Source: Sphingomonas sp. (lineage in GTDB: Bacteria; Pseudomonadota; Alphaproteobacteria; Sphingomonadales; Sphingomonadaceae). From it: DNA of 64,000 nucleotides. The translations under genes and the position numbers were made by a program. The notes under the pieces were generated by a model. That model saw only the letters and a list, made by a program, of their open reading frames with translations. It did not search any database and was not told the origin of the DNA. This document shows positions 51,663 through 60,951 of the stretch, piece by piece. Each line of letters starts with the position of its first letter. Within the stretch, counting starts at the first letter, position 1. The stretch is from the NCBI RefSeq assembly GCF_035944535.1, contig NZ_DASZBC010000002.1:34638-98637 (forward strand). The letters run 5' to 3'.

Positions 51663-52198
51663 CCGCCACCATCTGCCTGCACGGCCCGGAAAGCACCGGC
51701 AAGTCGACGCTCGGCCCCCGCCTCGCCGAAGCGCTGGGCGGCATCTATGTGGAGGAGTTCGGCCGCACCTGGTCCGAAGCCAAGGGCCTGGGCTTCACCA
51801 TGACCGATCTGGTCGCGATCGCCAAAGGCCATATGGCGGCGGCCCGCGACGCGCTGAACCGGCGCCCGCCCTATGTCATCCTCGACACCGATCCGCTGAT
51901 GACTGCTGTGTGGGCCGACATGCTGTTCGGGACACGCGATCCCTGGTTCGATCGCTTCAAGGACACGGCCGACTTCTACCTGATGTACGACATAGATCTG
52001 CCCTGGGTGCCGGACGGCACCCGCATGTTCGGCACCGACGAGCTGCGCACCCGCTTCTTCGAGCTGTCGAAAGCAGAGCTGGAGCGGCGGAACCTGCCTT
52101 GGGCGATGATCAAGGGCGCGGGCGAAGAGCGCTTCGCCAACACGATGAAGGCGATCGAGAACGCGATGCGCGCCGGCTACCTCGCCGAAGCCGCCTAG
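51659..52198 (+). CDS. AAA family ATPase, NadR C-terminal-like ribosylnicotinamide kinase
   Basis: 179 aa. P-loop GPESTGKST. Start overlaps the pnuC stop. Confidence 0.78.
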   Translation: MTATICLHGPESTGKSTLGPRLAEALGGIYVEEFGRTWSEAKGLGFTMTDLVAIAKGHMAAARDALNRRPPYVILDTDPLMTAVWADMLFGTRDPWFDRFKDTADFYLMYDIDLPWVPDGTRMFGTDELRTRFFELSKAELERRNLPWAMIKGAGEERFANTMKAIENAMRAGYLAEAA

Positions 52199-52207
52199 AG
52201 GCTCAAT

Positions 52208-52309
52208 TCGCTCGTCCCGAGCGGAGCGCGAAGCGCGTAGTCGAGGGGCGCTAACGTCGAAGCAACGGCCTTCGACTGCGGCCTTCGGCCTCCGCTCAGG
52301 ACGAGCGGA
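52208..52309. repeat. palindromic element, family E
   Basis: ttcgctcgtcccgagcggag..gtcgaggggcgc ... ctccgctcaggacgagcgga. Confidence 0.8.
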
Positions 52310-52321
52310 GGCCTTCAAGCA

Positions 52322-53158
52322 TTACCGCGCCTGCGGAGCCGCCGCCGCCGCGTTCGACGGCAGGCCACCCAGCTGCGACACCAGCTTGGTGTACGCATCG
52401 AGATAGGCGAGCACGATCACTTGGCCGATCTCGGTATCCTGATAGCCGGCGCCGCCCGCTGCCGCGAAGCCGCCCATCCAGCCATAGCCGCCACCGGCGC
52501 CGAAGCTGACGTCCGTCTTGCGGGCATAGCCCTGGGTCAGCGCCTCTTCCTCAGTGGTGCGAGCGTTGACGACAGAGAGGGTGACGGTCGCTTCGCCCTT
52601 CTTCATGTTGATGCCGCCAGCGATGCCGCCGACCGCACGGCCGAAGCCGCCGAACAGGCCGCCCAGCGCGCCCGCCGCCGCACCGATGCCGCCGCCGCCC
52701 GAATTGCGGTTCGCCGTCACGATGTCCGGCTGCAGGAAGTAATCCGCCGCCTTGACCTGACCCTTGCCCAGGTTGGAGCCGGCCTGCAGCTCGCCCTGGT
52801 CTGCCATCGCGCGCTCCAGGTTGCGGCTTGCCATCGAGCGGCCGCGATTGACGAGGGTGAAGCAGCCCGACTGCTGGATGAACACTTTCAGGATCGCCTC
52901 GGGGCTGCCCAGGTTGAACTCCCGCCACCATTGGGTGTCCGGCTCAACGATCGCGACCGAGCCAAGCTTGCGCGTGCAGGTCGGGATGTTCCGCTCCGCC
53001 CGCTCCTGCGCCCGGCGCGCCGACGACGCCCCTTTGGTGGTGCCGTCCTTATAGGTGCGGCCGTCCGACGACATGTTGGTCTGCGCCACCGCCGGCGACA
53101 TGGACCCGATCAGCGCCGCGCTGGCGGCGAGGCTTGCGATGAACTTACGCACATTCAA
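52322..53158 (-). CDS. CsgG/HfaB-like outer-membrane secretion component family protein
   Basis: 278 aa. Signal peptide and a Gly-rich loop region. The CsgG-like core (..ILKVFIQQSGCFTLVNRG..ADYFLQPDIV..) is recognised by eye only. Confidence 0.55.
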   Translation of the reverse strand: MNVRKFIASLAASAALIGSMSPAVAQTNMSSDGRTYKDGTTKGASSARRAQERAERNIPTCTRKLGSVAIVEPDTQWWREFNLGSPEAILKVFIQQSGCFTLVNRGRSMASRNLERAMADQGELQAGSNLGKGQVKAADYFLQPDIVTANRNSGGGGIGAAAGALGGLFGGFGRAVGGIAGGINMKKGEATVTLSVVNARTTEEEALTQGYARKTDVSFGAGGGYGWMGGFAAAGGAGYQDTEIGQVIVLAYLDAYTKLVSQLGGLPSNAAAAAPQAR

Positions 53159-53312
53159 TCTCCCTAAACCCTTGAAGCAAGGCGCCTTGCCCCCTTTTCG
53201 ACACGCGCCTTACCCGGCGCCGAAGCGCCGTTCCGTGACCCAAGTCACAGCCATTGCGATGTGCGACCCCTTTTCAGCGACGATAATGTAAAGCGCAGGC
53301 CTTGGCGACTGG

Positions 53313-54020
53313 TTAAGCGCCGAGCAGAGCCGCGAGATCGAGCGCATTGGCCGCCGCCGCGCCGCCCGCCGTATTGTCGAAGATCACCCAGGTTTCGCCG
53401 GCATTTGCATGCGCCAGACGCACCCGCTCCGCCCAGAGCAGGAGCGCGTCCGGCTCATAGCTGGACCAATAGGTGCGCGGACTCCCGTGCAGACGGAAAT
53501 AGGCGAGGCCCGGCCAGCCGCCCGGCCTTGCCGCGCCTTCGTGCAGCTGCGGGTCGGCAGCGGCGCGTCCAATCTCCCAGCCGGCCAGCAGCGCATCCGC
53601 TTCTTCCGTGAACCAGCTCGCGTGACGCGGCTCGCACACTGCGGGCCTCGGCAGTTGCGCGAAGAACGTTGCGGCGACCTCCACATCGAAGGCGAGGCTG
53701 GGCGGCAGTTGCACCAGCAGCGGGCCGCGCCAGTCTCCCAGCGGCGCGATCTCGCCCAGGAACGCGCGCACCAACTCCCCGCATCCGGCCAGCTTCGCCT
53801 GGTGCGTGATCGTCTTCGGGACCTTCACCGAAAGGCGGAACCCCTCCGGCACCGATGCCGCCCAGCGCTCGAAGGTCGAGGCCCGATGCGACCGGTGAAA
53901 GGTCGAGTTGATCTCGGCGCACCCGAACCGCGCCGCATAGCGCTCCAGCGTCGTGCCCTCGGCCGGGAAGCGCTCCGCCGTCTGGCGCGGGATCGCCCAG
54001 CCCGCCGTGCCGATCCGCAT
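53313..54020 (-). CDS. DUF72 domain-containing protein
   Basis: [11 protein letters not shown]...[11 protein letters not shown]... is the typical DUF72 N-terminus. ATG 54020. Confidence 0.85.
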   Translation of the reverse strand: MRIGTAGWAIPRQTAERFPAEGTTLERYAARFGCAEINSTFHRSHRASTFERWAASVPEGFRLSVKVPKTITHQAKLAGCGELVRAFLGEIAPLGDWRGPLLVQLPPSLAFDVEVAATFFAQLPRPAVCEPRHASWFTEEADALLAGWEIGRAAADPQLHEGAARPGGWPGLAYFRLHGSPRTYWSSYEPDALLLWAERVRLAHANAGETWVIFDNTAGGAAAANALDLAALLGA

Positions 54021-54070
54021 CTCGCCCAAGCTTTCCCGTTCCTCCCGCCCCTGCTAACGCGCGCGGCAGC

Positions 54071-55882
54071 ATGGCAACCGAACTTTCCAAGATCCGCAAT
54101 TTCTCCATCATCGCGCATATCGATCATGGCAAGTCGACGCTCGCCGACCGGCTGATCCAGCGCACCGGCGGCCTCACCGACCGCGAAATGTCCTCCCAGG
54201 TCCTCGACAATATGGACATCGAGAAGGAGCGCGGCATCACCATCAAAGCGCAGACCGTGCGGCTGGAATGGAATGGCTACACCCTCAATCTGATGGACAC
54301 GCCGGGCCATGTCGACTTCGCCTATGAAGTCAGCCGCAGCCTCGCCGCCTGCGAAGGCGCGCTGCTCGTGGTCGACGCGGCGCAGGGTGTCGAGGCGCAG
54401 ACGCTCGCCAATGTCTATCAGTCGATCGAGCACGACCATGAAATCGTGCCTGTCATCAACAAGATCGACCTGCCCGCCGCCGAACCCGAAAAGGTGCGCG
54501 CCGAGATCGAGGAAGTGATCGGCCTCGACGCCTCCGAAGCGGTGCTCGCCTCCGCCAAATCCGGCATCGGCATCGACGAAGTGCTCGACGCGATCGTCAG
54601 GAAGATCCCGCCCCCCAAGGGCGATGCCGACGCGCCCTTGAAGGCGATGCTCGTCGACAGCTGGTACGATCCCTATCTCGGCGTCGTCATCCTGATCCGC
54701 GTCATCGACGGCGTCGTCAGGAAGGGCCAGCAGATCAAGTTCATGCAGGCCGGCACCACCCACCTGATCGACCGCGCCGGCGTGTTCCGCCCCAAGATCG
54801 AGAACCTGCCCGAGCTCGGCCCCGGCGAGGTCGGCTTCATCACTGCCCAGATCAAGGACGTGGCGCAGGCGCGCGTCGGCGACACGCTGACCGACGCCCG
54901 CCGCCCCACGGCGCAAGCGCTGCCAGGCTTTAAGGAAGTGCAGCCGGTCGTCTTCTGCGGCCTCTTCCCCACCGACGCCAACGACTTCGAGAAGCTCAGG
55001 GAAAGCATCTCCAAGCTCCGCCTCAACGATGCGAGCTTCAGCTTCGAGATGGAGACCAGCGCCGCATTGGGCTTCGGCTTCCGCTGCGGCTTCCTCGGCC
55101 TCCTGCACCTGGAGATCATCCAGGAGCGGCTGACCCGCGAATATGATCTCGACCTGATCACCACCGCGCCCAGCGTCGTCTATCGACTGCAGCTGACCCG
55201 CGCCGCCGGTGAGGCCGAGGCGCAGACGATCGAGCAACACAACCCCGCCGACATGCCCGATCCCAATCGGATCGACATGATCGAGGAGCCTTGGATCGAG
55301 GCGACCATCTATGTGCCCGACGAATATCTAGGCGCCATCCTGAAGCTCTGCCAGGATCGCCGCGGCATCCAGAAGAACCTGACCTATGTCGGCGGCCGCG
55401 CCCAGCTCACCTACGAGCTGCCGCTCAATGAAGTTGTGTTCGACTTCTACGACCGGCTGAAAAGCATCAGCCGCGGCTACGCCAGCTTCGACTATCACCA
55501 GATCGGCTATCGCGAGGGCGACCTCGTCAAGATGAGCATCCTGGTCAACAACGAGCCGGTCGACGCATTGAGCATGATCGTCCATCGCGGCACGGCCGAG
55601 ACGCGCGGCCGCGGCATGTGCGAACGCCTGAAGGACCTGATCCCCCGCCACCTCTTCAAGATCCCGATCCAGGCCGCGATCGGCGGCAAGGTGATCGCGA
55701 GAGAGACCATCGCCGCGCTGCGCAAGGACGTGACGGCGAAATGCTATGGCGGCGATATCTCGCGGAAACGCAAGCTGCTCGACAAGCAGAAAGAGGGCAA
55801 GAAGAAGATGCGGGAGTACGGCAGCGTCTCCATCCCTCAAGAGGCGTTCATCGCCGCGCTCCGCATGGGCGACGAAGGCTAG
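54071..55882 (+). CDS. lepA: translation elongation factor 4
   Basis: 603 aa. GTPase motifs [21 protein letters not shown]. LepA C-terminal domain. Confidence 0.98.
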   Translation: MATELSKIRNFSIIAHIDHGKSTLADRLIQRTGGLTDREMSSQVLDNMDIEKERGITIKAQTVRLEWNGYTLNLMDTPGHVDFAYEVSRSLAACEGALLVVDAAQGVEAQTLANVYQSIEHDHEIVPVINKIDLPAAEPEKVRAEIEEVIGLDASEAVLASAKSGIGIDEVLDAIVRKIPPPKGDADAPLKAMLVDSWYDPYLGVVILIRVIDGVVRKGQQIKFMQAGTTHLIDRAGVFRPKIENLPELGPGEVGFITAQIKDVAQARVGDTLTDARRPTAQALPGFKEVQPVVFCGLFPTDANDFEKLRESISKLRLNDASFSFEMETSAALGFGFRCGFLGLLHLEIIQERLTREYDLDLITTAPSVVYRLQLTRAAGEAEAQTIEQHNPADMPDPNRIDMIEEPWIEATIYVPDEYLGAILKLCQDRRGIQKNLTYVGGRAQLTYELPLNEVVFDFYDRLKSISRGYASFDYHQIGYREGDLVKMSILVNNEPVDALSMIVHRGTAETRGRGMCERLKDLIPRHLFKIPIQAAIGGKVIARETIAALRKDVTAKCYGGDISRKRKLLDKQKEGKKKMREYGSVSIPQEAFIAALRMGDEG

Positions 55883-56139
55883 CTGCTGGACAGGCAGGAA
55901 ATGGGCAGGAACCCTCGATACCGGGGATCGAGGAAGCCCTAGTTCTGGCACGAAGACGATGCGGAACGCGCAGCGACCGTTAGCGCGGTGCGCTAGCGCA
56001 GGTGGATGGCTTCTGAGGTTGAGAAGGGGGCTTGCGTAGCAATCGCCGATTTAGACGAGACACCGCGACATCACTGGCCGGCGCGCGAAACTCGGAAAAC
56101 TAGGGGAGGCGATAGACTAATGCAGCCACAACCTGAGTT

Positions 56140-57075
56140 CTATAGCCTAGCTGCACGATCGCATTTTGCCAAGAACGCAGCAAAGCCTTCGGGTAGCGGT
56201 GAGCGAGACGCGAGCGAGCCGAGACTCATCTCATCGTGCTTCAGCTTGGCATCCTGACCGATCGGTGGAGGGAAGAGGCCATGGCGAGCATTCCTATATT
56301 CATCACAGAGTCGGTCGAGCCATCCTCGGAAAAACTTGTACGCGAACTTACCTCGATAGCGCTCGCCAGGATCAAGCTGCTTAAACTCTTCTTCAAGCTG
56401 CTGAGTAGCCTCTCCCAAAATCGGGAGAGCTATCGCCTCCTCCGCCGGAGGATTACACGGCTGCACATGTCCTAATTCGACCGCAGCTAACTTTGCCAAG
56501 GAGGTAGGAATGTAGTTGTCGATCTCGACACGGACGCGCCGAGCGAAGAATATCCGCCGATTCAACTCCGAAGCTATTTGTAGGAAGTCCGCGTAGTCTG
56601 CTTCGAACAGCATGCAAACTTTTTCGCGCATAGCCCTATCCCCACTGCCCGGAAAGGCCACTTTGATCGTTTCGTCAAGAACCTGCCTGTCTACTAAGTA
56701 GTTCTCGATTGAATAGCGATCCAACATGAACACGAAATCGATGCTCTCAAATCCTTCTAATTCGTCAAAATCTCTATCAACTAGAAAGGCGACGCCTTCA
56801 TTTGCGTTTGAAAGATCTCTGGCTAGAACATTCCTGAGCTTCTTAACTTCACGCTTGCCTGAACAAACGAAAAACTCGTACGCTAGATCTGGAGCGACGC
56901 GCTGAATCCAGTAGGAGTAGGCGATTTTGTCGTCGTCGCCCTCGACTGCGAAGATCAGGCCGCTGGGATAGCGGGATCGAAAGTTGAGGAAGCTGATCTT
57001 GGCCACAGCCTGTCGATCACGTGCTGCAATCTGGCTAGCAACATAAGAGTCTTGACCGCTGCCTTCCTCAATCAT
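56140..57075 (-). CDS. DUF4435 / TOPRIM-like (OLD-family nuclease-like) protein, AriB/AbiLii-like
   Basis: Motifs FAVEGDDDKIAY, FLVDRDFDE, DRYSIENYL. ATG 57075 lies 8 nt inside the upstream ATPase gene; ATG 57090 is an alternative. Confidence 0.8.
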   Translation of the reverse strand: MIEEGSGQDSYVASQIAARDRQAVAKISFLNFRSRYPSGLIFAVEGDDDKIAYSYWIQRVAPDLAYEFFVCSGKREVKKLRNVLARDLSNANEGVAFLVDRDFDELEGFESIDFVFMLDRYSIENYLVDRQVLDETIKVAFPGSGDRAMREKVCMLFEADYADFLQIASELNRRIFFARRVRVEIDNYIPTSLAKLAAVELGHVQPCNPPAEEAIALPILGEATQQLEEEFKQLDPGERYRGKFAYKFFRGWLDRLCDEYRNARHGLFPPPIGQDAKLKHDEMSLGSLASRSPLPEGFAAFLAKCDRAARL

Positions 57076-58648
57076 CGGACACGTCACCATTCCCGGCTGA
57101 TGTCGGGAGCGCCAACTGCGGTTGGTTCGCGTCAGAGACTGATAAGTCGAGAGTCCGCGCAAAAGGTTCGAGAGAATTGTCAAACACAAAAGGCGAATGA
57201 GTGATTGCCACAACCTGCTCACAGTTTGGCGATAGAAGAACGTCAATCAATATACCGCGCTGCCAATCAATAGAGAGAGACAGCTCTGGCTCATCGATCA
57301 AAACAATCTTTTTCTTTGGATACAGATACATTCGAGCAAAAAGAGATATCATTTGCTTCTCGCCGGACGAGAGAGAGTCGAGCGAAATAGGCGTCTTCGC
57401 CGGTAGGCTCTCAACATTAACGCTCAGGTCTGTTGGGTTTAACTTAAGCTCCTTTGCGTCAATCTCTTGTAGATGCGTCCGGTTCGCTTCTGTACTAGGA
57501 AGCGTACTGGGTTCCGAAGATGACAAGTAACGATTGCAGCTCCTTATGAAATCCCCAACAGGCTGCTCGATCTCCTTTGTTATGTTAATTATTCCATTCA
57601 GCTTGTTTAGGAAGTAACGTAGGAACTTAGCCGATTCCGGGGGCACGCCTTCGCTACTATAGATTTTTGCAAAATCCGGAGCGCTAATCCTGGAATAATA
57701 AGGCCCCATCATTCTTGTTCCGGACTCCAGACGCGAGAAGAAGAGCTTTAGGTCGTCAGGCTGGGGTATCTCTGCGTCCTCTGAAACCTCGTATCCTCGG
57801 ATAAGTTCATCAATTATGTTCTCGCTAATCTCACGATATTCCCTATTTGATCGCGCAATAATCCTATCGTGAAGTTGAGATAGCCTTTCGGAGATATCGC
57901 CCAAGCCGAACTGTATTTCTGCAGTATGCAGTCCACTGGCGGATATATTAAGCTTCGGCTTAGATCGTCCTAGGCGACGACGTTCCTCTCTATTGTCGGT
58001 GAGTGCAAGTTCGACGCGCCGGTAAGTCGGCAGATAAACTATCTCGAAGTCTGAAAGAGCCTCAGCTAATGTGGTCCTTAATCGATCAAGAGGAGGGCTT
58101 TTTCTGAAAAGCGAGTTGTAAGCATCCGCGCATGCTTTTCTAACTGCCCTGCTGTCATGCCCGAACGCTCTATACAACGCATTCGTTATGCTGTGCTGAT
58201 CATGATCGTTAGCCCAGTTGTCTAGATAGGGCTCATAGTCTGAGAATAGAAACGCTAGGAGCTTATCGGTTCCAACTTGAGACCTACTTGCGAGACGCCC
58301 AATCTCGCCTTCAGACGAGCCTTGGAGAAAGGTAAGGAGATCATCGTGCGTTAGAACCAGTTCTTCCGGAACGCCCCTCAGTCGGCAATATATCTCTGCA
58401 AAGTCGAGGTCTCGAAGCCTATAGAGCTGCAGCTTCAAGAAGGCGTCTAATGCGCTGAGGAGGGTGGTCTTGCCAGTGCCATTCCTCGCTATCAGGATTG
58501 TAGCCGCGTGTTTCGAAGACAAGGATATATCGCGAAAGCCGTAGAGTCCCCTGATCCCGAACCGTTCTATCAAGGCGGGACGCGCTCCAGCCAACGCGGC
58601 GCGCTCCTGTGCGTCCGGAGTCGCAAGCACCTCTGTAACTTCGGACAT
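57068..58648 (-). CDS. ABC/SMC-type AAA ATPase, AriA/AbiLi-like
   Basis: 526 aa. Walker A ARNGTGKTT, YLPTYRR, signature LSSGEKQ, Walker B KKIVLIDEPELSLS, H-loop AITHSP. AGGAGGG RBS upstream of ATG 58648. Confidence 0.85.
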   Translation of the reverse strand: MSEVTEVLATPDAQERAALAGARPALIERFGIRGLYGFRDISLSSKHAATILIARNGTGKTTLLSALDAFLKLQLYRLRDLDFAEIYCRLRGVPEELVLTHDDLLTFLQGSSEGEIGRLASRSQVGTDKLLAFLFSDYEPYLDNWANDHDQHSITNALYRAFGHDSRAVRKACADAYNSLFRKSPPLDRLRTTLAEALSDFEIVYLPTYRRVELALTDNREERRRLGRSKPKLNISASGLHTAEIQFGLGDISERLSQLHDRIIARSNREYREISENIIDELIRGYEVSEDAEIPQPDDLKLFFSRLESGTRMMGPYYSRISAPDFAKIYSSEGVPPESAKFLRYFLNKLNGIINITKEIEQPVGDFIRSCNRYLSSSEPSTLPSTEANRTHLQEIDAKELKLNPTDLSVNVESLPAKTPISLDSLSSGEKQMISLFARMYLYPKKKIVLIDEPELSLSIDWQRGILIDVLLSPNCEQVVAITHSPFVFDNSLEPFARTLDLSVSDANQPQLALPTSAGNGDVSDD

Positions 58649-58854
58649 CGAGCCCCCTCCTGAAGCAGAAACCTATTGAGTGATGACGTTTTAGCAAGGG
58701 TGGACATCAGGCGGTTCGCGGCGCAGACGGGGAGAGGCTTTGGAATGAGCCTACTTACCCCATCACCTTCGGCATCTTCATCCATCGCTCGGACTCGATC
58801 TACGACGACAGCCCGGCTGAGCGGTACCAGTTTTCGCCGCAGTATCTCGGGCGC

Positions 58855-59655
58855 GTGCAGGCCTGTGTTGGTGACTGGATCATCTATTATGAGCCGGTGA
58901 AGGTGCCGGGCACGCGCGGTTATTTCGCTGTCGCGAAGGTGCAGCAGGTCATTCTCGATCCGGGCACGCCCGGCATGTATCTCGCGATTATCGAAGCCGG
59001 CAGCTATCTCGACATCGCCAATCCTGTGCCGTTCAACAGCCCCGATGGGCTGGTCGAGCGCGGGCTTTTGAACGAGGCGGGCGCGATCTCCGGCCGCGCG
59101 CAGTCGGCCGTACGGCCGATCTCGCCGGGCGACTTCTACCGGATCGTGACGCTGGGGCTGGCCGAGCATGACGATCTGCTGCCGCGCATCGGTGAAGCGG
59201 CGCCGGGCTCGGCCGTGCGCGAGGAGCCTGCGCCTTTTCTGTATGAGCAGGAGCGGATCACGGCGCTGACTTCGCGGATCGTCCGCGACCGCGTGTTCCG
59301 CCGCATTGTCGTCAAAGCCTATGATGCGCGCTGCGCGATCACCGGCTTGAAGCTGATAAACGGCGGTGGGCGGGCCGAGGTGGAAGCGGCGCATATCCGT
59401 CCGGTGGGTGCGGACGGGCCGGATACGGTGCAGAACGGGCTTGCGCTGTCCGGCACGGTGCACTGGATGTTCGATCGCGGGCTGATCAGCCTTTCGGATG
59501 AGCTCGACATCCTGGTGTCGCGGCAGGTGAATGATCCGGACAGCGTGTGGAGCCTGGTCAACAAGGCGCGGAAGGCGCTGGCGCCGGCGCGCGCGATGGA
59601 TCGGCCGCACCCGCATTTTCTCGGCTGGCATCGGGAGCATTGCTTCAAGCACTGA
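58855..59655 (+). CDS. HNH endonuclease with N-terminal putative DNA-recognition domain (candidate type IV restriction-like enzyme); 5' end apparently frameshifted
   Basis: HNH core CAITGL..EAAHIRP..NGLALSGTVHWMFDRGLISL. The first canonical in-frame start is GTG 58855, but the protein-like frame continues upstream to 58687. ATG 58745 is in another frame (see finding). Confidence 0.75.
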   Translation: MQACVGDWIIYYEPVKVPGTRGYFAVAKVQQVILDPGTPGMYLAIIEAGSYLDIANPVPFNSPDGLVERGLLNEAGAISGRAQSAVRPISPGDFYRIVTLGLAEHDDLLPRIGEAAPGSAVREEPAPFLYEQERITALTSRIVRDRVFRRIVVKAYDARCAITGLKLINGGGRAEVEAAHIRPVGADGPDTVQNGLALSGTVHWMFDRGLISLSDELDILVSRQVNDPDSVWSLVNKARKALAPARAMDRPHPHFLGWHREHCFKH

Positions 59656-59670
59656 GGCCACCAACTCCCC

Positions 59671-59782
59671 CGTTATCGTGAACTTGTTTCAGGACAAGGC
59701 GTCCGCTCGCTTCCAAGCTGGGGAGCGCAACTTCAAACAACGCGCTGCTCAACCCTTGTCCCGAAACGAGTTCGGGATGACG
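59671..59782. repeat. palindromic REP/MITE-like element, family B
   Basis: cgttatcgtgaacttgtttcagga ... gtcccgaaacgagttcgggatgacga. Confidence 0.8.
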
Positions 59783-59816
59783 ATGGTGCGGTGCACCGCG
59801 CGGAGAACGGAACACC

Positions 59817-60350
59817 ATGGCCCAGCTCGTCTTCGGAATGAACGTCTCCCTCGACGGCTATGTCGATCATGACCGGTTCGCGCCGTCGCCGGGGCTGTTC
59901 CGGCACTTCGTTGCCGAGGCCGAGGGGCAGGTGGGGAGCCTGTATGGCCGCCGCGTCTATGCGCTGATGCGCTATTGGGAGGAGGACCAGCCGGGCTGGG
60001 GTGCGGACGAGCGGGCGTTCGCGGCGGCGTGGCGGCGTCAGTCGAAATGGGTCGTGTCGCGGACGCTGGGCGGGGCCGGGCCGAAAGCGCGGCTGCTGGG
60101 CGTGGACGATCTCGCGGCGGAGGTCCGCCGGCTGAAGGAGAGCCATGCGGGCGAGATCGAGGTCGCCGGGCCGGCGCTGGCGGGCAGCCTCTCCGCCCTG
60201 GGACTGATCGACGAATACCGCCTCTATCTTCACCCGGTCGTGCTGGGCGGTGGCACGCCCTATTTCGCCGGCGCCCGCCCGCCGCTTCTCCTCCTCGCGC
60301 ACGATCTGATCGACGGCGACGTGATCCGGCTGCGCTACGTCCCTGCCTGA
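59817..60350 (+). CDS. dihydrofolate reductase family protein (RibD C-terminal domain-like)
   Basis: 177 aa. MAQLVFGMNVSLDGY.. N-terminus and ..GGGTPYF.. are typical of this family. Confidence 0.8.
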   Translation: MAQLVFGMNVSLDGYVDHDRFAPSPGLFRHFVAEAEGQVGSLYGRRVYALMRYWEEDQPGWGADERAFAAAWRRQSKWVVSRTLGGAGPKARLLGVDDLAAEVRRLKESHAGEIEVAGPALAGSLSALGLIDEYRLYLHPVVLGGGTPYFAGARPPLLLLAHDLIDGDVIRLRYVPA

Positions 60351-60465
60351 CGATCCTTTCGATTTCGCTGTCCTACACGCCGCCCGCCTTGCTAGCCCTT
60401 GCGCTCAAGGCTCTGTGACTCGTCCGGATCGCGCCCTCGCCGCTCACGAGATTCACATATCGCAC

Positions 60466-60510
60466 GTGCAGAAGGTGCGGAATGTGCGGATCGTGCGGAA
60501 TGTGCGGGAA
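60466..60510. repeat. five tandem 9-bp units (GTGCrGAAk)
   Basis: gtgcagaag gtgcggaat gtgcggatc gtgcggaat gtgcgggaa. Intergenic, ~100 bp upstream of ATG 60607. Confidence 0.8.
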
Positions 60511-60606
60511 GGGTGGCGCGGAGTGAATCCGCGCCGTGCGGCCGGGCGGGCGCCGGCTCTGCGCGCAAGCTGGCTTGCGCTCGGCGGCGACGCTACGCTC
60601 CCGCCC

Positions 60607-60951
60607 ATGTTCGACGTGAGCGAAGTGCGGGCGTTGCTGATCGCGGCGGCGCGGGAGGGGCGGGCCGTCTCCTATGTGGAAGGCCTGGCGGCGTTCGGCC
60701 ACCGCTTCACCCGGCCGAAGATGCGGGCCTTCTGCAAGGCGCTCGACGCCGTCGACCAGGCCGGCGCGGCGGCGGGGGAGCCGGAACTGGCCGTGCTGGT
60801 GGTGCGGGAATCGGACGGGCTGCCGGGCCAGGGCTGGTGGGTCGGATCGTCGCTGCGCTACGGGCATGAGGGCGACTGGACCGGGCCCGAGGCGAAGGCG
60901 CTGGTGCGGGAGCTGCAGGGCCGGGCGTTCGACTATTGGAGAGATGAATAG
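60607..60951 (+). CDS. hypothetical protein (114 aa)
   Basis: ATG 60607 (MFDVSEVRALLIAAAREG..) with coding-like GC3. The 60415 extension reads through the 9-bp repeats. No domain recognised. Confidence 0.6.
   Translation: MFDVSEVRALLIAAAREGRAVSYVEGLAAFGHRFTRPKMRAFCKALDAVDQAGAAAGEPELAVLVVRESDGLPGQGWWVGSSLRYGHEGDWTGPEAKALVRELQGRAFDYWRDE

Larger units (their letters stand above)
55890..58700. other. AT-richer horizontally acquired segment (two-gene candidate defence island)
   Basis: There is an abrupt, visible drop in G+C and loss of GC3 bias relative to the flanks, judged by eye and not computed. No integrase or transposase. The boundaries are approximate. Confidence 0.7.

Noticed and set aside
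55883-56139. Searched the island borders (also 58649-58760) for a tRNA/tmRNA fragment, att-like direct repeats, an integrase or a third small gene (e.g. ORF 56006-56257)
   Set aside because: No tRNA-like T-arm or acceptor sequences and no direct repeat of 10 nt or more were found by eye. ORF 56006-56257 overlaps the 3' end of the DUF4435 gene and has no coding-like features. A computational repeat search could still reveal short att sites.
58570-59664. 364-aa minus-strand ORF antisense to the HNH gene, which would extend the island's gene count to three
   Set aside because: It is Arg-rich and overlaps the 5' end of the ATPase gene. The plus strand carries an unambiguous HNH motif, and G+C here is host-like, so open antisense frames are expected.
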